Assembly (NCBI GenBank): GCA_002633005.1
Contig: NMRA01000017.1
Location: 570,886 to 634,885, forward strand
Length of the DNA: 64,000 nt
Direction: 5' to 3'
From: Phoronis australis
Taxonomy: Eukaryota; Animalia; Phoronida
Numbering within the stretch: the first letter of the stretch is position 1; each line of letters begins with the position of its first letter. Shown here piece by piece: positions 1 to 11,998 of the stretch. Under the pieces are notes generated by a model, which saw only the letters and a list, made by a program, of their open reading frames with translations, ran no database searches and was not told the origin of the DNA. The translations under genes and the position numbers were made by a program.

Positions 1-3000
1 ACCACTTGGCGGCGCTAGTAGTAGCGGTAACAGCGAACTCACTGGTGAACTCTCCTATACTACGGTAAAGTCGCGTGATATTCGGACGGCCCGCCATTTT
101 CGACCAAGAATAAATATTTCCGAAATGAGTTTTTCATAGTCCACGAAATTCGTACAAGGTCCAAAAACTGTTTTTCAAAGATCCTTGAATTTCGGACATT
201 GTCATAAACATCGGAATTTTGTCCCACGACTTTCGGACAAGGAAAATTTTAGAAATGGTAATTTGGGATCGACGCAACTCCCGTGTCACTAAAGCGTTCA
301 ACGGATGATTACTACTGTATGAGGCTTGAGTCCGAGAATCGGTATAACGGGTTTGTAATTTTTACCTTGTCTTGACGATGTCACGACCGTGACTCGATTT
401 TCTTGCGTTTAGCTTGTGTTTGGCGCTTTAGCTATGAAAAGAATCACCGATCCGCATAACCAAAATTTCTGATGAAAATAAAAATAGGAAATACACCGAA
501 GGCTGCAACTTTTCGTTGTAGCGTAACATGTGCTCTGGTTTAAATAGGCCATGCTGTTCGACTCCCGACTGTGACATTGAACATGCACGCCTGACATCAA
601 CTTGCGTGTTTACGAAACGTTTTTATTTTAAAACGTCCTGGCCTTTGCAAATGCCCAACTATCGCTTGCTTAATAATTTTGAATGGGACAGTTAGCAAGG
701 AACGAGCCACCACTGACTAACATTCAGACGTGCTTCTGATAACGCAATTTTTGGGTTCAAACGAAAATTTTTCATTAAAAATCTGTTTGCAGTTCAAACG
801 TCTTTCGTTTTTCAGTGTCTTCTTGGTAGTGCTCATTCGTGTAATGTGTTAAGCGGTGTAAGGCCCATCGCGCTGGTGCAGTGCCGCACACGCAATTGCT
901 ACAAGGACACTGCATCCCTGCCTTATGTTGTGTAAGTGCCTGTACTATAACACATATCAAAAACTAATATACACCCACGTAACCACGCTTCACTTCCCTT
1001 ACAAATTCTCTATCTCTGATAAGCATCACAGATGCAAGAATCTCGCTTAAGAAGCTAGTGTGATCGTGTGCTTCGCTTGCAATACTTGACCATACGTCTC
1101 GAAGTCTTCAGACTAGCGTGCTCGTGAGATTCTCACCCTTGCGGCCCTGGACGAAGACTAGGGAAGAGTTCAGTAGCTGTCTTGGGAATAGAAAAATCTA
1201 GCCAAAATCACGTTTTCAACTGAAAATACACAATATGTCATGTAATTTCATGAATTCTTGCTTTTTAGTGCAAAGTCTTGCTTTTTAGGTAAAGTCCTAG
1301 CGTTGCGAACTTTACCCCTATGTAGACCTAAACAAGATTGAATATGCGGCGACCTAATTTTGCTTGCTCATTCACTGGTTTTGTACTTGTTGTCTTGTTA
1401 ATTCGTGCCTTGTACCGTCTAAGGTATGAACACCCTGGACTCCATGGTGTCCCGAGATTAAGATGAATCCCGACAACTGAGGAAGTGGGGGGCTATAACC
1501 TCCCACTTTTTTCAGTGCTATGCCACGCATGATCAATAGGCGATGCACCACAGGGGTTTGAGGGGGCTTTAGCCCCCCACTTTTTTCAGTGCTGCGCCCG
1601 GCGCCAAGCGGTACCCTGTGGCACTCGATCTCTGTCTGCGGCGACCGTAAAAAAATCCAATCATTTCGAAAAATGATAAGTCAGTTGAATCAGATTTGAT
1701 AGACGTTACTTCTTGCGGTCCTAGGGGTAGGCTAACAAGAATACAGGACCTGCAGTCCGATGCAACGAGCCTGGGACCTTATAGGTGTTTCCGACCTAGA
1801 GTTCCATATCTACTTTCCACCTGGCCTTCTTGTCCATGTCACCGCCTTCAGTTGATAGTTTTGAGACAAAAAAGAAACGTGATCTTAAACTACAGACCAT
1901 GCTTTTTGTATTACTTAAGATAGTTTTAGAGGCATTTCAGCTGTAAGTGTGTTTAATTTTACTTGGTTCGAAAGAGATGAGATGACTGTTACATTGCTAA
2001 TTATTCTTCTATTTTTACCCGAGATGATGCCTTACTTGCAGCAAGGGTAAATAATTATGGGAAGTATTTCCAGCGATTTCCGTATATAAGTTCGGGAAAC
2101 CAAACGTCTATGTAAAAATACACCAGGGCCTATACTCGGCAATGTCGAATACACGAACACAGTATAAATACTCACCCTAATTATATTCTAGTGGGAATAG
2201 CATTATTTTCAGATTTCAAGCATGCATTTTTATTCTCAGATATGCATCCAGGTATATTTTAGGGAAAAAAATTAAGATACGCAAATTGGGCATATGTTCT
2301 GCTGGACACACGGAAACCTACGGTGGATCTTCTTAAACCTGTAAACCATGAAAATTTCATTGAGACAGTTTTGTTCTACTAACATGTTCAACTAACATTC
2401 CGTTCATGCAAGTCGGTCAGTACGTTCGCGTTTAAGGCGTTATTGCAACAGGTTAGTGTTGTTTTGATTTTTGTTTGGTGTTTCCATATTTTATTTTGTT
2501 ATGTATTCCCCTCTTCAGATAGTCACTGTTATTCTTCAACAATATTTCTGTGCTTACAATGAGACTTCAGTAAACTCACAACTGATCATACTTTAAATTT
2601 TAGCATTCATTGTAAGTGTGTGACGTCCATCAGCAGGAAGAACTATTTTCCGTAACTGTAGCAAATATATTACGCAATGAAATGAAAACGGTCGACAAAG
2701 ATGGATTGTAATTGGTTAAGTATACACTAAGGAAGAAAATTAAGTATATAAATAGTTGACCGGTTCTTAAATTGCGTCCTTGATGAGTTCACGCTGTCCC
2801 AATGTTTTCGTTCCACTTTTTAGGTCGTCTCTAGTCGATTCTTCTAACAGTCGTGATCTGCCCAGTAGCCTATTGTATCAACGTGCGGGGGGGGGAGGGG
2901 GGGTGCACCTAGCAGACTCTCGTAGAATTAGTGGCTCAAAATCGACATTGGTGTGCAGCAGGAGGCTGGTGGAAAATTAGTAGTGACTGAGGGAGACTGA

Positions 3001-3774
3001 GCTGCACGAAACTGGTGACGACCGTGGACGGCGTTAAACTGGTGACGACCAGAAGAAACGGCCCTGTTGTCTTCCACGCAGATTATCAGAAAATTTTAAC
3101 GATTATCAGTTTCATTTCATCCACAAACCGATTTCACAAGTCAGAGTTTTCACTGTGGTTAAAAACGTAAGCGAACCCAGATGTGTTAGGTCACCTCAGT
3201 TGCATGAAGACGCGCCTGTGTATCACTGAGTAACATCGGGCGTTTCAAAGGCTGTGGATGAGAAAGGTTTTAATTGTAAAAAACTGTTGGGTGAATTTGA
3301 TGTTGGTAGCATTTGAAATTGCATTCGCTTTCTAGACAACGCCCTTATATATACAATATGTTAGTTAATCGTGTCTTCAGCCGCGCAGCACTGTACCAGT
3401 AGACGCATTCCCATAGTTTGCAGTAGGCCTAAACATATGTAGAACGACAGCGCTTCTTCAACAATTCAATGACTACCAGAACGACGAATGGGGATCACGA
3501 GTCGATGAGAAAGTACTCATTTTACTATCATGATTGTCTTTGTAATCTATTTTAGATAATTGTTCATTCGAAGTTTTCATGTTGAAACTGAGCTTTCAGG
3601 TGATATGGAAATAAACGTGTCAGAGTTAACTTGCGTTACGGTTTGTAACCAGCAGGCAATGCATGGATACGTTGAACAAACATAAATATGTACTATGCTC
3701 TGGTCATTGTTCATCACCTTCTTCATTGAAATCGTTCCCACATCCATTACTGTTACGTTTAATACACAATTCGT

Positions 3775-4225
3775 TAAAATTGAGAAAGCGCATGTTTTGA
3801 TGGTCGGAAACCCTCTTTGTGCGTCGAATACGCAAGTCCAGCTTTTTATTGGGAAACCATATTAAAAAGCGCCTATTGAGGCGCTCTTTGTGTGTTGACA
3901 GCGCAAACTCGACATTTTTTACAAAAGAGAATCAGTTGTCTGGAACGTTTCATGTGCGTCAACAACGCAAACCAGACCCACTCATTGGAAAGCCCATATT
4001 TGTCACCAGGAAGACTCCTTTTTCACAACGCAGCCCGCTATTTCAAGTGAGATAGCGCATTTTTGCTAAGATTCCGTCACTTGCCGAGAACGGTTTTTGA
4101 GCGTCGGCGAAGCAAGCCGAACATTTCATATTGAGAAAGGGCATCTTTGAAAAGAAGAACCAACACTTGTCGGGAAAGGTATTTATGCGTTGACAACGCA
4201 CATTTCTTATTGGGAAAGCCAGATT
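3775..4225 (+). repeat. Old degenerate tandem array
   Basis: Recurring TTGAGAAAG(C/G)GCAT.TTT, TGCGTCGACAACGCA and ATTGGGAAA(G)CC motifs. Confidence 0.5.
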
Positions 4226-5006
4226 TTCAAAAAGTAATCGCGCATACCGTTTGAGTCTTATTGACCTGCAATTGTGCTGCTATCAAATGACCGAGCCAGC
4301 AATGTTTGATACTACGACCGCTCATCGAAATAATGTACACCCACGAAATTGGGACACTAGCCGAAACCCAAATTTGGAGGTCCGCCAAATTCGGACACCA
4401 CAGAAATGATGTTTCGCGAGATTCGTCCAAGAATGAATTTTTTCTATTGGAATTAATTTTCAGTGTCCGAAAATCACGCGACTCGTACTACACTCCTCGC
4501 CTGGACTCAACAAGAGCACCGTTCTTCGCGGCAGCCTGAGGACATTTCATTTGCGCGTGCATTGTCTCGCGTAACAAACTCTGAGCTCATCCTATGTTCT
4601 CATTTGAGCAAGGAACAAGACTAGATTTGTACCAGATGTCTAAGTCCAAACTTCGTTTCTTTGACAGAACAAGGGTATGCTGGGGGTTTAAAAGCGGTAA
4701 CCTACTCCTTGGTGTGCTGATTGAAGGAAGGTGGTTCTGTTGAAATAACTATTACACTGGTCAGCGACATTGGTTGAAATGATACTCAATGCACTCCACT
4801 ATGATCATACTTCATTTAGTGTAAAATGGAGATTACAAATAGTCCTACTGGCAAATCTAATTTTTGCACTTAAAGGTGCATTTCGCTGCTGTTTAAGTTG
4901 TCATTGTCCCTGACAATGCGCACATGCGCCATTTTAGAATTCGCTATTATAGGGTTGCGGCCGACCCCCAATACAGTCTGGCGAGTTTTTGGTCAGTCGT
5001 ATATGA

Positions 5007-6024
5007 CAGTGACGGATCTAGGATATCACAAGGGGGTCCAACATTTTGTCTGGCTGTAAGCATTTGCGCAAACTGAACCACGATTGTAGATGCGCATAGC
5101 ACCGAATGGGGGGGAGGTCGGGAGGGGGTTATGCCCCCTTCCCGCCCAGGAAACTTTTCTGCGTTTTTTACCTCTAAAAATCAAGCATTTTCCTTGATTC
5201 CTGAAGTATTATCCAAGAAAAAAGGCAAAAAAAGACATGGAGAACGTGTCAAACAGGAAAAACTGCAAGTACCAAAGACTCGAACTCACGACCTGGCGGC
5301 GAGAGCGCTACGCCGCTACACCACCACGATTTAACTACTAATCTTACTAAAAGACCTACTTGCTTATGGTCCACAGCGTTTGCGCGCGAAACCTACTTCT
5401 TTTTGTAATGCTTATTACACGTTTTATATTTTGTGCCATCAATTCTTAACAAATTTGTTGTATTTGAAATAGTCTTCAAATGCTTAAAGGACCAAATCTA
5501 TTTTTCGTGTTGGCAATAATGACGGGATTGCTTTGGAAATCGTCTTAAGATAAGCCTAAGGTTTGACAAAGAGAGAATTGCGAGTTTCTGAGTGATTCAC
5601 TAAGGCTTCGATTAAAATTCACATCTTACCAGCAGCTTCTGTTTTTTCATCGTCACTCAGGTTCCATTTTCTTTAAAAAATGAAGTATATTTTCTTCATT
5701 GCACAGTTGAGCAGACGACGGAAACGGAGTCGTAGTGCGCAGCGCCACTGCCGGTCGCCTGGGATATCGCGGGAGAGCCTATACTTAGCCATAGTTCCGT
5801 TACGAATGCGCCGTGTTCCGAATTTGACACTTGAAATTGGATTTGAGCCCCCTCCCCCCAACACTAAAACTGCACACATTTAAATTTTTTTCGTATAATT
5901 TTAATTACCGGGGTTAATTAATAAGCTCACCATTTCCCTACGCTCTTGCTGTTTTATTTTTTGTGGCAGCCAAGGGGGGGGGGGGGGGGGGGNGCCCCCT
6001 GGGCCACCCCTAAATCCGCCTATG
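5007..6024. mobile_element. Non-autonomous TIR DNA element (CAGTGACGGATCTAG...CTAAATCCGCCTATG) with 5-bp TSD
   Basis: Imperfect TIRs; TATGA at both 5002-5006 and 6025-6029; G-rich subterminal tracts. Confidence 0.6.
5271..5332 (-). mobile_element. tRNA-like A/B-box fragment inside the 5007-6024 element
   Basis: Minus strand GTGGTGGTGTAGCGG...GTCGTGAGTTCGAGTC; anticodon arm shortened. Confidence 0.4.
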
Positions 6025-7023
6025 TATGATAGGACCAAATCGATTTTTCGTACAAAACGAAATTGTAGAAAATCGAGCAAATTTTCGATGTTTTAAGTTT
6101 TCGTTTTCCCATTTCTCCAAAAAATCGAAAACTAAAAATGAAAAAATTAAATAATTTATTGATTTCTCGTTTTCGTGGAGAAAAATGGAAATACCAATTC
6201 CACCACGCAGCTGCACCACTATGTCGTTCTCAAATACTACTTAGTGTCAGCTGTTCAATGTTCGCCTTTATGGAATTCTATACGCGTGTTGGCTTGTTAT
6301 TTGTTTGTTTTCATTTGCTGCATTGTTTTATTCAATGAAATGCTTGTATAGCCAAGAAATATTTTATAATCTTAGACATTTTAGTCATGACTGCAGGCCC
6401 CATTGCGTGAGAGTGGTTCGAATTTCTAGAACAGTGGACCTTTGATATTTTGCAAACGTCGACACCGTAGAGTTTTTGGTGAGGCAATGGGCACAGCTTA
6501 ATTAGGCAGAATGGAAATCGGTATACATAAAATGATTCTCAGCTCTATGTTCCTGAGATGAGACGGAATTCGTAATACCAGAAATGAGGATGCCGTGACG
6601 GTTGCATGGGCTCACCAAGCCTGAAAAATGGTGGAGCTCGAATTTTTGAGAATACGTCCAGAGCTATGAATTGTGCATTCACCGAATTTTATCACTTCCT
6701 GCCTTTTTAGCGGACTTTTGTCTCGCTTTTTTACTTTTCCGGAGCCCGAGGCGGACCTTTTTGCCCACTGCGCGAATGCAGTTGCTCGAAAGAGGAACAG
6801 GACTCAAATTCGGACGCAAGGTTGTCCAGAAATAGAACCGTTTTGCGTTACTTCCTGCCAAACTTTCAAATCAGGCGTGCTTAATGAGTGATTACACCGC
6901 ATTACTTTTTTGAACGGAAATATATAGTCACAGAATGACTTGACGAAGTTTTTATCTAGTTATGGTTTTGCGTGTTGCTTTTAAGGAAATTAAAAGTTGC
7001 TTACGTCGCTGGAAATAGGAACA

Positions 7024-8013
7024 GCCCACTATTACGGAGGTTCACTTCTCCTAAGGCTCACTATTCCGAAGGTTCACTATTTTGAAGGTTCACAACTCTG
7101 AAGCTTCTCCACTATGAAAATCTATCAAGTTTCGGACTCACAGTGACGGATTTAGGAGTGGGGGCAGGGAGATCATGCCCTTCCCTAAAATTCTTTCACA
7201 ATTCATTTGGCAGTTCGAAGAGGTAAAATCCTGGCTAATACTATTCCCTGGCCCCCCCTAACTCAAAATCCTGGATCCGCCACTGACTCGGGTATATTTT
7301 TTATTCTTTTACATGCAAAGATAAACGATGCATCGGTTATTAGATGCACTGAGTGGTGTACCTATACCGAAACCACTGTTTGGATTTCATGCCATGGCGA
7401 AATTGCCCGCATTTCCTACGAATACGGAAAATGAGTACATACTTGCATTTTTAAAGAATATGAAGTAGGAATATTGACGAATTATCAACCACGATACCTT
7501 CATCAAATCCATGTCTAGATCACATCATTTCACAGCGCGACTGAAAAGTTTGGGCCGCTGCACCTCAACCTCACCGACCCGCGGAATCACGCACACGGCC
7601 GGGTCGAAAATAAATGTAGTTTGGAGGCTACCGTGTCCCTGTCAGGCTTCACGAAGTCAGAGAGTCCCATTCAGTCTTCTTAAATTTAAAACCACCGTTG
7701 GTCGCCCAGATGTTGTCCCTGCTTGAGAATTAGTCGTTAGTTAGATTCAAGATTGGAAGTGATTGGAACTGGGCTCATTTGCTAACAACGTAATCAGCGT
7801 TTTTAGATCTATTCAGTTCTTGCACACTCTTTAAATGGTTGCTAAATGGTCATAAATACAATACTTTATTCATGTCAGTCGGAGCTCTGGTTTCGGAGTA
7901 TGTGGACATTCGAAGCAGTGAACTTTCGAAGGTTGCGAACCTTCGGACTCGGAGTAGTGAACCTGCAGATCGAGTAGTCGACCTTCAGATTAGTAAACTT
8001 TCGTAATAGAGAC
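7024..8013. mobile_element. Foldback-type element with arms made of ~17-bp subrepeats
   Basis: Left arm repeats TTCACTATTCCGAAGG (7025-7120); right arm repeats its reverse complement CTTCGGAGTAGTGAAC (7880-8013). Confidence 0.55.
7141..7285. mobile_element. 145-bp MITE of the same CAGTG-GCGGAT family, nested in a foldback element
   Basis: TIRs CAGTGACGGATTTAGG / CCTGGATCCGCCACTG; flanks ACTCA/ACTCG. Confidence 0.65.
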
Positions 8014-9410
8014 ATGAAACCTAGGAAATCTTCTCCATCAAGTTTGTTGCTAGTATGAAGTCTGCGAGGTTGTGCACCATTGACAATGATTGGCAAGAAA
8101 AGACTTTCTTCATTGACCAACGTTTTTATTAGGTCTAAGCCTACTTTTCCCTAATAATGTGAACGTGTTCATCTGGGCTTTCTTAGTGCAAGAAAACACG
8201 GGCGACGGGCGGGAGACTGTGCACTGAAGGGAAGCGCACACACGTGCACACGCATCACGGCATGCCAAACCACCAACGCACAATCAAATTAAGAGGACAC
8301 TGGATAAACAACATATTTGACGATGACTTTCTTATTCGAAATTTGAAAATGCCTTTACCGTATTATGCCAGCAAATATACAAAAATAGCAGATGAACAAG
8401 CCTATTTTGTTTTGTTTGGTCGATTTTAAGGCATTCACACTTCACACCTCACTACTTTTTGTGAGATCTCTCGCTGCCATATAGCTCAGCGCCCCTCAGT
8501 GGCCGCACCGCCTATGAGACCATGTGCAGGGTAGCACTGGTGCGGCGACCACTGATCTCAGTGTTACTGCCAGCCAGACTCCTTTGTTACTCTATAAGGT
8601 GTGGCCACCACGCGTGTTCCGAATGTAGATGACTAACATTACGACTCCTTTAATCGTCTGCAAGATCCTGTCATCTATGCAAACTTGCACCACTCGAGCG
8701 AAGTTGGCCGTACAGCCCGATCTAGCTGAAGCGCTTTGCCTCAGAAGCAAATTCAAAATTATTACTAACTTACTCATTGTAGAAATAATTTTGTTGTAGT
8801 TGTCTATCGGACGGGCTTGACCTTTTCGATTAAAACCGGCCCCCCGCGAACCACCTGACTACGAGCCTGAGTGTCTAAAAAAAGACACGGCGTGGCGTTA
8901 AATCGGCAAGGCCACGGCTAGCCTATATATATTCTAGGCCATTTGCTTTTCTAAAGGTTCTCAAACAAGGCATTATTTCGCCCGGCTCATGTCTTGTATT
9001 TCGGGTAATATGGTATGTATCTATATAGATATCTGCATTTACTGCTAAGAAGCTTTTAAGTTTTGGAGAGCGAAAACCGATGCGTGCGCAACCCAGGCTG
9101 AGAATATAAGCATATACTTGTGGGATACGAGTTACCCAGTCCAGAATCCACGAAGTGTCTCGCGAGCGATCGTCTGCTCGACAATAAGCTGGCAAATGGT
9201 TTCGGGCAGATGCTACCTGTTTACTCGCATCTATGATAAAATGAACCTATGGTTGTTTGAAATACTACTCGAATGCAGATCCTATCTGCGTCAAGCGGCA
9301 TTGCTTTGGATGAACGCTATTCCACAACCCTTTATGGCGCCCCACGCATCCGCGAAAAGGTCCCGTAAGGCGCTGCTCTTCTACTTACGGAGATCACAAA
9401 AGGTGTCACT

Positions 9411-9422
9411 GCCGCCATGTTT
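9411..9422 (+). promoter_or_regulatory. YY1-type motif GCCGCCATGTTT near a putative first exon
   Basis: Matches CCGCCATNTT; lies about 60 nt upstream of a consensus GTAAGT donor. Confidence 0.35.
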
Positions 9423-9436
9423 GAAAGTTCTTGCAA

Positions 9437-9479
9437 ATGGTATTTGACGAAAAAGTTTTGCAAGTAGCTGCCACTACAA
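9437..9479 (+). CDS. Tentative first coding exon (MVFDEKVLQVAATT)
   Basis: ATG at 9437, donor aa/gtaagt at 9480, next to a YY1-type motif in a locally CpG-rich stretch; not linked in phase to downstream exons. Confidence 0.3.
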
Positions 9480-9809
9480 GTAAGTATTGTTTTCTTAAAT
9501 AAATCGTTCGTTTATAGACAGCCACACACCTAGGCAACACGTAGTCCCTGGGCTGGTTATACAGGGGCTACAGTACTCCCTATCAGTTTCTTTACTAATT
9601 TTGTCACGGGGGGGGGCAGGCCACTCCAAATAAAAGGTTTTCACCTCGTCAAAATACATTTTACACTTAACATTGTCTCTTAAAAAGCTCTTCACCAATC
9701 CTCTCTGTTTTTACATATCTTCGATGAAGCATGTCTACGAAAATTGACATGACTTGGGTGAAGAATTCCAACTCTACTTTTTTGGTCACCAGGCATTAAG
9801 CATTAAGGC

Positions 9810-10348
9810 TGTTGTAGATGTGCTTCCGGTGAATTATATGAGCCTCTGTTAGCTACTCGCTAACGGGCAATTGCCTATTAGCTGAATGGTTAGCACGCTT
9901 GCCGGTTTTATGAGAGTCGCTGGTTCGATCCCTGGGTCGGGTAATCTCGGCTATTACTACAAATGGTGTAGTCGGCAAACGAATGATCTACCGATGAAGT
10001 ACTGCCAACTAGTACCCATGGACCTCGGGACGGCACACGTGGAAGGTTTCAGGAGTCAAGGACCTGTATGAGAGACTACCTTGTGTTCACCTGTGTTGTG
10101 GTGGTAAAGGTACCAAGGGACATTGATGACCTGTATGCGATACATCCTGGTGTTCACCTTCCTGGTTGCGTGCCCGTTCCGTAGGGAAGGAGGGAATGTT
10201 GTAGATGAGCTTCCAGTGAATTATATGAGCCTCTGTTAGCTACTCGCTAACGGGCAATTGCCTATTAGCTGAATGGTTAGCACGCTTGCTGGTTTTATGG
10301 GGGTCGCTGGTTCGATCCCCGGGTCGGGTAATCTCGGCTATTACTACA
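9810..10348 (+). mobile_element. Complete TRIM (miniature LTR retrotransposon) with tRNA-like sequence in both LTRs (Helenus-type)
   Basis: Two 152-bp direct repeats (9810-9961, 10197-10348) with TG...CA ends and 6 mismatches; PBS TGGTGTAGTCGGCA at 9964-9977; polypurine tract AGGGAAGGAGGGAA at 10183-10196; 4-bp flanks AGGC/AGGT; no coding capacity. Confidence 0.92.
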
Positions 10349-11394
10349 AGGTGTTATCTTTTTCATCGCACGCGATAACCACAAAATAGTTCCAACTGAT
10401 GACACGTGAGTTAGGAAAGGACATTTGCGAGACTGAGTGAAGCAAAAACAGTATGGAAAGATATCAGGTGGAATTTGTAAGATTTGTGTCCCTTGAACTT
10501 CTTGTGCATCAACACAACAAGCGTGATTTCGCATAACTTCCTCAAAATGGCACCTAGTCGTGAAGGATTTTCATGGATTTGCTCAAACTATATTGACTAA
10601 ATTGTTTCCAGAGTCTTGGTATACACGTTATTTATAACTCAATGTGTATGCGTGTTTCATTTCATTTTATTCGCTTTATTTTGACGTGAGTAACTTCATA
10701 TGGAGGAGTATATCACACCTGTATGACTGCAGCATTACAGTGTGATATAATCGCCTAGACAACACGTAGCTCCTCGACTAGCTGGTGAGATGCTACAACA
10801 CTCTGTATCGATCTCTGTGCTAATCTCATCTCAGTCCGTGTACTGTATAAGGTATTGCATTGCTTGTGGATGCCGCACGGCCAAGTATCAAGCACTAGCG
10901 AACTTTGGCGGATCACCAGAACTCTGGTGTTTGTGATTGGCTTACTCCGGAGGTCATGGAAGTCGACCTTGAAATGATTTTAAAGTTTACATGCTATAGC
11001 AGTGATGCAATCAAAACAGAAATGGGTCATCAGTTCTCAGAAATGAGACAGTCCCCAATTTCAGTAACTGAATGATGGAGTATTGTTGATTGTGGAAGTA
11101 TTTGCACACTAAAATGTGGTTATGTGTATGTACTGTATTTACGGTATGTTACATTTGATGCATAGTAATCATCCTTGGAACAGTACAAAGAAATTACAGT
11201 TTGGCAAATTTATTTTTGTGTGAAATAATTAGGGAACTACTGTCAGCAAAGAAAGGAGCCTTTTTATATTGAACAAAATGTTGTCGTGACGACGTTGCTC
11301 TGGAAATTTATTTTGTACAGTTTTTCATCAATTTTAGGTGGTGATTTGCTTTTGCCATCAGAATGCCGTACTTAAGTGGTGGCAGGCCTGACAG

Positions 11395-11530
11395 CCAAAA
11401 ATCTGTGCGGTAAGTCATCAATCATTAAACTATGGTGTAGCCTTGCCAGAGATTTGTGTAGTAAGTCGTCAGTCATTAAACTACGGTATAGCCCAGCCAC
11501 AGATCTGTGTGGTAAGTCATTGATTAAACT
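11395..11530 (+). repeat. 51-bp tandem repeat, about 2.5 units
   Basis: TGTG.GGTAAGTCATCAATCATTAAACTA.GGT.TAGCC recurs. Confidence 0.75.
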
Positions 11531-11859
11531 CAGTGGACCCTCAGCTGTGAGATCTTTAAAGAGTTCCCACCATGACCCTGTGTCTCAAAAGAAATTTTAT
11601 TAATACATGTTAAGAAATTTAATAGCCTTTAGTATACCTGTTGCTAAGAAACAAGCCAAAAATTGTACGTAATGGGTGGAAGACCATCTCCGCTGTAATT
11701 GTTTTTACCAGTGCGATACTGAGGAGTTGTAAGGAAAGTCCGCGGAGAGCTGCCTTTTTCAGACACAAAAATGGTACGTTTGTGGAGGCTGTAGTAACAG
11801 CAACTTGGCTGAGAACGTCTGTGTGTTCAAATATCCTTAAATACATGAAAGTTGCACAG

Positions 11860-11998
11860 AAACGGCACCGGTTTGTGCACCGCATGAGAGTGTGGAATGT
11901 CGCTGTGGAACATGCGATTCAGTCGGGAGCCACATTTCAAGAAATCATGTTTGGACCAAACACTAAAACGACGTTTATGATGAAGGAATTGCCACCTT
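11860..11998 (+). CDS. Tentative exon (KRHRFVHRMRVWNVAVEHAIQSGATFQEIMFGPNTKTTFMMKELPP), product unknown
   Basis: Acceptor cacag, strong donor gtaagt, open frame within ORF 11641-12027; no recognised motif. Confidence 0.4.

Noticed and set aside
409-9195. Short ORFs in the first 9 kb
   Set aside because: No recognisable domains or splice-consistent chain; the region is dominated by repeat fragments.
9872-9943. Functional tRNA gene
   Set aside because: Anticodon and acceptor stems are imperfect and the sequence is duplicated as part of two LTRs, so it is treated as part of the TRIM.
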